62,240 nt of DNA from a virus (taxonomy: Duplodnaviria > Caudoviricetes), in the IMG/VR virus record IMGVR_UViG_3300048848_000060, positions 1 to 62,240 of that record; one strand, written 5' to 3'. Positions 57,979 to 62,240 of the stretch are shown here, piece after piece. Each line of letters starts with the position of its first letter. Positions within the stretch are counted from its first letter, which is position 1. The translations under genes were made by a program, and so were the position numbers. The notes beneath the pieces are model-generated. The model ran no database searches and was not told the origin of the DNA. It saw only the letters and a program-made list of their open reading frames with translations.

Positions 57979-58577
57979 GCCCGGTGCTGCGCAAGCGCCT
58001 GCTGGCTGTTGCGGCCAGCGTGGCCGTGGCCGGCGGCGCCTTCGTGGCGGGCCAGCGCCCGAGCGCCGAGGTGCTGCTGGCGATGGAGCTCGGCGCGCAC
58101 TTCGAGAGTTCGGGCCGGCACATCGGCACGCCCTACGTTGACCGGCTCGGCAAGGGCCAGCCCCTCACGGTCTGCAACGGCATCACCGGGCCCGATGTCG
58201 TGGCCGGCCGCTTCTACACGCGCGAGGACTGCCACCGCATCGAGGTGCCGCGCTACCGCACTGCCGAGAAGCAGGCGAAGGCCCGGCTGCAGCATTGGGA
58301 CACCTACAACCCGTGGGTGCGCGCGTCGTTCATCGACATGGTCTTCAACCTGGGCCCCGGTGCCCTGACCGACACGACGATCCAGCGCCTGGCCAATGCC
58401 GGCGACTTGGCCGGCGCCTGCGCGCAGATGCCGCGCTGGGTCTACGGCACGATGGCAGGCCAGCGCACCAAGCTGCCCGGCTTGGTCGACCGCCGCGACA
58501 CCACGAACGAGCTGTGCGCGGAGTGGGGTAGGAGCGGCCACTTCTCGGCCGGCCTGCTGGCGGGGGCCGCGCCATGA
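57975..58577 (+). CDS. Endolysin, GH24 lysozyme with SAR-like N-terminus
   Basis: FE...PYVD...TVCNGITG; FNLG; RWVY...LPGLV.RR. Confidence 0.9.
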   Translation: MSPVLRKRLLAVAASVAVAGGAFVAGQRPSAEVLLAMELGAHFESSGRHIGTPYVDRLGKGQPLTVCNGITGPDVVAGRFYTREDCHRIEVPRYRTAEKQAKARLQHWDTYNPWVRASFIDMVFNLGPGALTDTTIQRLANAGDLAGACAQMPRWVYGTMAGQRTKLPGLVDRRDTTNELCAEWGRSGHFSAGLLAGAAP

Positions 58578-59110
58578 GGCTCGCGCTCAAGAAGACGGCC
58601 CGTCCGACGCTGTTCGGCCCGGTCTCGCACGCCATCGGCAAGCGACTGGACCACGGCCCTTACAGCCACTGCGAGCTGGTGCTGGACAACGGCATGTCCG
58701 CCAGCAGCGTGATGGGCGAGGGCGTCCGCATGAAGGAGATCAAGTACAGCGGCGGCATCGAGGCCTGGGACTTCTTCCAACTGCCGGGTTCCCTGGGGCC
58801 GCGCGCGCACAAGTGGTTCCACCAGCATGCCGGAGAGCGGTACGACTATGGCGCCATGGTCCGCTTCTGGTGGGGCGTGGTGCACGAGGAGAACGGCCGC
58901 TGGACATGCACCGAAGCTGTGGGCACAGCGCTGGGATGGACCCGCGCGTTCCCTTACAGCCCGTCCGCGCTGCTCGCCCGGCTGCAGGACACCTATGCGG
59001 TTCAGCAGGTCTTCGCGCCGTGGCCCGACGACATGGAGCGGATGGCGCCGTCCCTGCGCGCCGCGTTGGGCGAGGGCCAGACAGCCCTGAGCGATTGGGG
59101 GCGCCTGTGA
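58574..59110 (+). CDS. Permuted papain-like (NlpC/P60-related) protein
   Basis: YSHCELV...GVR.K...G.RYDY...W.CTE...SP..L. Confidence 0.7.
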   Translation: MRLALKKTARPTLFGPVSHAIGKRLDHGPYSHCELVLDNGMSASSVMGEGVRMKEIKYSGGIEAWDFFQLPGSLGPRAHKWFHQHAGERYDYGAMVRFWWGVVHEENGRWTCTEAVGTALGWTRAFPYSPSALLARLQDTYAVQQVFAPWPDDMERMAPSLRAALGEGQTALSDWGRL

Positions 59111-59238
59111 GCGCGATTGCCTGGGCCATGTGGCTTGGCTGGTGGGATGCGGCCTTGCGCGGCGACATCTGCACTGCCTGCATGCAGCCCGGCCACGTCG
59201 CTGCATCCTGCCCGCGCAAGCTTTGGAGGTTCAAGTGA
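59107..59238 (+). CDS. 43-aa protein with CCHC zinc knuckle
   Basis: CTACMQPGHVAASC; GTGA-coupled on both sides. Confidence 0.6.
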   Translation: MSAIAWAMWLGWWDAALRGDICTACMQPGHVAASCPRKLWRFK

Positions 59239-59735
59239 GCACGCTTTACACCCATCTGGCCGCTGCCGGCGCCGCTCTGGCCATCGGTGCCGGAGGCGCC
59301 TGGTGGACGCAGAGCCAGCGCTACGGCCTGCAGATCGAGCAGCTGAAGCACCAAGCCACCAGTACCGAGCTGGTCGGCACCCGCCAGGCTGTCATCGACA
59401 TGGCCGGCTTTCAGAAAGGATTGAACGATGCCCTCGCCAACTTCCAAGCCGTCGGCCAGCGCAACGCGGCAGCGCAACAGGATCTCTCGCGCAGCCTTGT
59501 TGACCTGCGCGGCACTACTGCAGGGCTGCGGGGCGACTTTGCCCACCTGCCCGGTCGAATCGAGCGCGCTGCCCGCGGCCCCCTCGCGCAGTACGCCAGC
59601 ACCTGCACAGCCCTACTCGAAAACCTGGCAGCTCGAGGTGAGCGACTGGCGGAGCGCGGTGCAGACCTCGCGGGAAAAGCTGATGGCCATTCCGCTGACA
59701 CCGGACTGATGGAACAGGCCTGGCCGCGCAAGTGA
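59235..59735 (+). CDS. i-spanin (Rz-like)
   Basis: N-terminal TM + coiled coil. Confidence 0.75.
   Translation: MSTLYTHLAAAGAALAIGAGGAWWTQSQRYGLQIEQLKHQATSTELVGTRQAVIDMAGFQKGLNDALANFQAVGQRNAAAQQDLSRSLVDLRGTTAGLRGDFAHLPGRIERAARGPLAQYASTCTALLENLAARGERLAERGADLAGKADGHSADTGLMEQAWPRK
59428..59709 (+). CDS. o-spanin (Rz1-like lipoprotein) embedded in Rz
   Basis: LLQGC lipobox, Pro-rich, alternate frame inside Rz. Confidence 0.65.
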   Translation: MPSPTSKPSASATRQRNRISRAALLTCAALLQGCGATLPTCPVESSALPAAPSRSTPAPAQPYSKTWQLEVSDWRSAVQTSREKLMAIPLTPD

Positions 59736-60814
59736 GCGGCGCGCATCAACCCGTCGCGCTGCACGTCACCCTGCAGGTCGACGCGAGCCTGCTGGGCGGT
59801 GACCTACTGCATCTCATCCGCGAGGCGCTCGCCGCCGGCCGCATCACGAGCGGCACGGCGCCGGTCGGCGGGATCCGGCAACCGCCGGCGCCGGCCGCTG
59901 AGCGCACCGTCAGCCACTGGCTGGTCGTCTACCGCGACATCCTGGCGCGCCGTCCCTACAAGCCGGCCACGCTGGTCAACCACACGTCGAATCTGAAGCA
60001 CATCGAGCGCCTTTGGGGGCACATGCCCATCCGCTCGGTCAAAGCCCGACACATCACGGCCGCGGCGCAGGACGCCTTCGGCTCCCGGGCGGCGCTGGCA
60101 AGGCGCGTCATGGACCACCTGAAGGACGTGATGCAGGAGGCGCTGATCAACGAGTGGATCGACGTGAACCCGGTGCTGGCCACGCGACGCGTTCGGGTGA
60201 AGGTCACGCGAAAGCGCATGAGCCTGGAGACGTTCAACGCGATGGCGGAGGTCGCGACCGCCCACCGCCAGCCCTGGGTCTCTCCCATGATCCTGCTCGG
60301 ACTGGTCACGGGCCAGCGCCGCGCCGACCTGGCCAAGATGCGGTTCGACGACGTGGTGGATGGCTACCTGCACGTCGAGCAGCAGAAGGAAGCGGGGAAG
60401 GGCTACGGCGCGCGCGTCGCGATCCCGCTGTCGCTGCGGCTGGATGTTTTGGGGCTGACGGTCGGCGAGGTCATCGACCTCTGCCGCCACTACGACGCGC
60501 CCGGCCCAACGCTTCTCCGAAAGACCAGGGGCCGGCCGCTTGAACTCTCCAGCCTTTCCGTCCGGTTCCACGAGGTCATCCGCGCCGCTCTAGGCGACGG
60601 CGCCTATGGGCCGCGCGAGTGGCCGTCGCTGCACGAGCTGCGCTCGCTGTCCGAACGCCTGTACCGCGCGCAGGGCGTCGACACGCAGACGTTGCTCGGC
60701 CACTCCTCCAAGGAGATGACCGACAAGTACAACGACGACCGCGGCCTGACGGCGAAGCAGTTCAAGCGGGTAAAGGTTTCCCCGGAAGTTACATCAAGCG
60801 ACACTCTCACATAA
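59732..60814 (+). CDS. Second tyrosine recombinase (lambda-Int-like)
   Basis: TGQRRADL, QQK, SLHELRSLSERLY, LLGH...MTDKY. Confidence 0.9.
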   Translation: MSGAHQPVALHVTLQVDASLLGGDLLHLIREALAAGRITSGTAPVGGIRQPPAPAAERTVSHWLVVYRDILARRPYKPATLVNHTSNLKHIERLWGHMPIRSVKARHITAAAQDAFGSRAALARRVMDHLKDVMQEALINEWIDVNPVLATRRVRVKVTRKRMSLETFNAMAEVATAHRQPWVSPMILLGLVTGQRRADLAKMRFDDVVDGYLHVEQQKEAGKGYGARVAIPLSLRLDVLGLTVGEVIDLCRHYDAPGPTLLRKTRGRPLELSSLSVRFHEVIRAALGDGAYGPREWPSLHELRSLSERLYRAQGVDTQTLLGHSSKEMTDKYNDDRGLTAKQFKRVKVSPEVTSSDTLT

Positions 60815-60822
60815 TGTGACGG

Positions 60823-60981
60823 ATGCAGCACTTTGAAACCTGGGAACTGGCGTTCCTTGCAGTCATGTGGGTGGTTGCCTGGGGCCTGATCTTCCGGACG
60901 TACTGGCCCCAAATGGGGCAGCGGCCCGAACGGGAAACGCCAGCCGAACGGGCCGAGCGCCAGTTTGACGAATTCCAGTAG
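60823..60981 (+). CDS. Small membrane protein (52 aa)
   Basis: MQHFETWELAFLAVMWVVAWGLIF...; single TM. Confidence 0.45.
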   Translation: MQHFETWELAFLAVMWVVAWGLIFRTYWPQMGQRPERETPAERAERQFDEFQ

Positions 60982-60996
60982 CCCAGCTCCCATGCT

Positions 60997-61392
60997 TTAT
61001 CCGCTGGCGGCCATCTGGTCGAGAACGGCCCGCGCGGCTGCCTCGTTAGGCGCACAGAACCACGTCTGCGCCCAGCTCGTCAGCGCCTTCTCGCCGTACT
61101 CAACCCCCTGGTACTGACGGAAGCCGCCGCGCACGCGCACCAGGCGCACATCGTGCATCTGCAGCAGCTGGTGGCCGAGGTCGGGAAGGGCCAGCGCCTC
61201 CGCATGCCAGCGAGGGTGGGTGTAGTGGTCCGTGCAGATGATGCCGGCGCTGACCGGATGCTGGAGCAGCACACGGGCGGCCGGCAGCTTCTCCCCAGTG
61301 CCCGGGCGGCGCATCCTGAAGATCACGCAGCGATAGGCCGCCTTCGGCCGAGCTTCCTTGTCCGCCAAGCTGCCGGGCGCCCACTGACCCAT
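60997..61392 (-). CDS. Hypothetical protein under a LexA box (start uncertain)
   Basis: ORF open to 61470; SOS box and -10 upstream. Confidence 0.65.
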   Translation of the reverse strand: MGQWAPGSLADKEARPKAAYRCVIFRMRRPGTGEKLPAARVLLQHPVSAGIICTDHYTHPRWHAEALALPDLGHQLLQMHDVRLVRVRGGFRQYQGVEYGEKALTSWAQTWFCAPNEAAARAVLDQMAASG

Positions 61393-61458
61393 GCGGTAGA
61401 AGCCGCTGCCGGGCTCGAACCATGGCGCTACATCACTCACTTCCTGCACCTCGAAACA

Positions 61459-61478
61459 CTGTTTGAACAAACAGTATA
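61459..61478 (-). promoter_or_regulatory. LexA (SOS) box overlapping a -10 element
   Basis: CTGT-TTGAACAA-ACAG 61459..61474; minus-strand TATACT 61478..61473. Confidence 0.8.
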
Positions 61479-61525
61479 TTCACGGCGCGCGCGGTCAGCC
61501 CTCTAGGAGGCCAACAGAAATCCCT

Positions 61526-61969
61526 TCAAGAGCTACGCAAGGGATCAGAAATGGCGGCCGATTGGCGGCCATCCTCATAAGTCGTTGATTCCCTTTGTAT
61601 TAATTCGACCTTGTAGCCATCGGGGTCGGTGACGAAGGCGATCACCGTGGTGCCGCCCTTGACCGGGCCGGCTTCCCGCGTCACCTTGCCGCCAGCGGCC
61701 TTGATGCGCTCGCAGGCCGCGTAGGCGTCGGGCACGCCCAGCGCGATGTGGCCGTAGGCCGTGCCGAGCTCGTAGCTCTCCACGCCCCAGTTGTAGGTCA
61801 GCTCCAGCTCGGCATGGTCCGGGTTGTTGCCGTAGCCGACGAAGGCCAGCGAGTACTTGTACTCGGGGTTCTCCGAGGTGCGCAGCAGCTTCATGCCGAG
61901 CACCTGCGTGTAGAAGTCAATCGAGCGTTGGAGGTTGCCAACGCGCAGCATCGTGTGGAGTAGTCGCAT
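61526..61969 (-). CDS. gloA: Lactoylglutathione lyase (glyoxalase I) with phage-derived C-terminus
   Basis: [11 protein letters not shown]...ELELTYNWG...YGHIA...[10 protein letters not shown]. Confidence 0.97.
   Translation of the reverse strand: MRLLHTMLRVGNLQRSIDFYTQVLGMKLLRTSENPEYKYSLAFVGYGNNPDHAELELTYNWGVESYELGTAYGHIALGVPDAYAACERIKAAGGKVTREAGPVKGGTTVIAFVTDPDGYKVELIQRESTTYEDGRQSAAISDPLRSS
61550..61590. promoter_or_regulatory. Right att arm: tandem arm-type repeats and IHF site
   Basis: AATGGCGGCC 61550..61559, ATTGGCGGCC 61561..61570; minus-strand AATCAACGACTTA 61590..61578. Confidence 0.65.
61604..61618 (+). repeat. Right att core TTCGACCTTGTAGCC
   Basis: Exact copy at 113..127. Confidence 0.93.
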
Positions 61970-61995
61970 GCGGCCATTTTGCCGCGACCCCAGGC

Positions 61996-62240
61996 TCAGC
62001 GTGCTTCGAACACCAGGCAGGTGGTGGTGGCGTGGGCGTAGAGCTTGTCGTCCGGCCCCACGATGCGGGCCTCGGCGGTGGCCAGTTGCCGGCCGCTGTG
62101 GATCACCTTGCCGATGGCGCGCAGCGGCCCGCTCTTGACGGTGGCGGCGCGCACGATGTTCAGGCCCAGCTCGGCCGTGGTGTAGCCGCGGCCGGCGGGC
62201 AGGGTGGTGTGCACGGCGCAGCCCAGCGCCGAATCCAGCA
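61996..62240 (-). CDS. PaaI-family thioesterase (host, 5' end outside window)
   Basis: [11 protein letters not shown]...YTT.EL...[11 protein letters not shown]...LYAHATTTC. Confidence 0.88.
   Translation of the reverse strand, partial: LDSALGCAVHTTLPAGRGYTTAELGLNIVRAATVKSGPLRAIGKVIHSGRQLATAEARIVGPDDKLYAHATTTCLVFEAR

Larger units (their letters stand above)
113..61618. mobile_element. Integrated temperate prophage with podovirus-type virion module
   Basis: 15-bp direct repeat at both ends; integrase, immunity, replication, terminase, portal, capsid, tail, ejection and lysis genes; host genes outside; no tape measure or tail tube/sheath recognised. Confidence 0.95.

Noticed and set aside
326-60571. 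Many long antisense or overlapping ORFs (e.g. 326..1672, 14386..16002, 22982..24706, 47201..49327, 48816..51143, 52181..54451)
   Set aside because: Shadow frames of high-GC genes with clear motifs; no family signal or RBS
59732-61500. Separate satellite element or second prophage at the right end
   Set aside because: No second att pair or replication genes; the recombinase is coupled to Rz and lies inside the gloA att boundaries
1-62240. CRISPR arrays, tRNA or rRNA genes, IS elements
   Set aside because: No repeat-spacer periodicity, cloverleaf or transposase recognised by eye

Overview
Almost the whole window is one apparently intact ~61.5 kb temperate prophage (113..61618) in a high-GC betaproteobacterial host (Comamonadaceae-like by inference). 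It is integrated in the 3' end of gloA (glyoxalase I), bounded by a 15-bp att core TTCGACCTTGTAGCC, and supplies a replacement gloA C-terminus. Left arm: tyrosine integrase, excisionase, C5 methyltransferase, SSB, YqaJ-like exonuclease and ERF. Immunity region: PL and PR, GCAAAC-N2-GTTTGC operators, a repressor lacking a recognisable S24 protease domain, Cro, and a glycosyltransferase/lipoprotein insert. Right arm: helicase-methyltransferase fusion, replication and nin-like genes, then a podovirus-type virion module resembling the Bcep22/Lessievirus layout from memory, a counter-oriented metallopeptidase/Zn-finger cassette, ~10.6 kb of FN3/SwmB/Ig/SGNH fibre genes, lysis genes, a second tyrosine recombinase and a LexA-box gene. 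Best novelty candidates: a phage RNA-level control layer (CsrA-like and Hfq/Sm-like proteins plus a ~450-nt structured PL leader), the LexA-controlled orphan as a possible new antirepressor, the divergent HExxH cassette, the GNAT/PAPS-reductase/pyrophosphatase set among the ejection genes, and a recurring CACCCCCCTTGC late-promoter motif. All family calls are motif recognition by eye; no searches were run.
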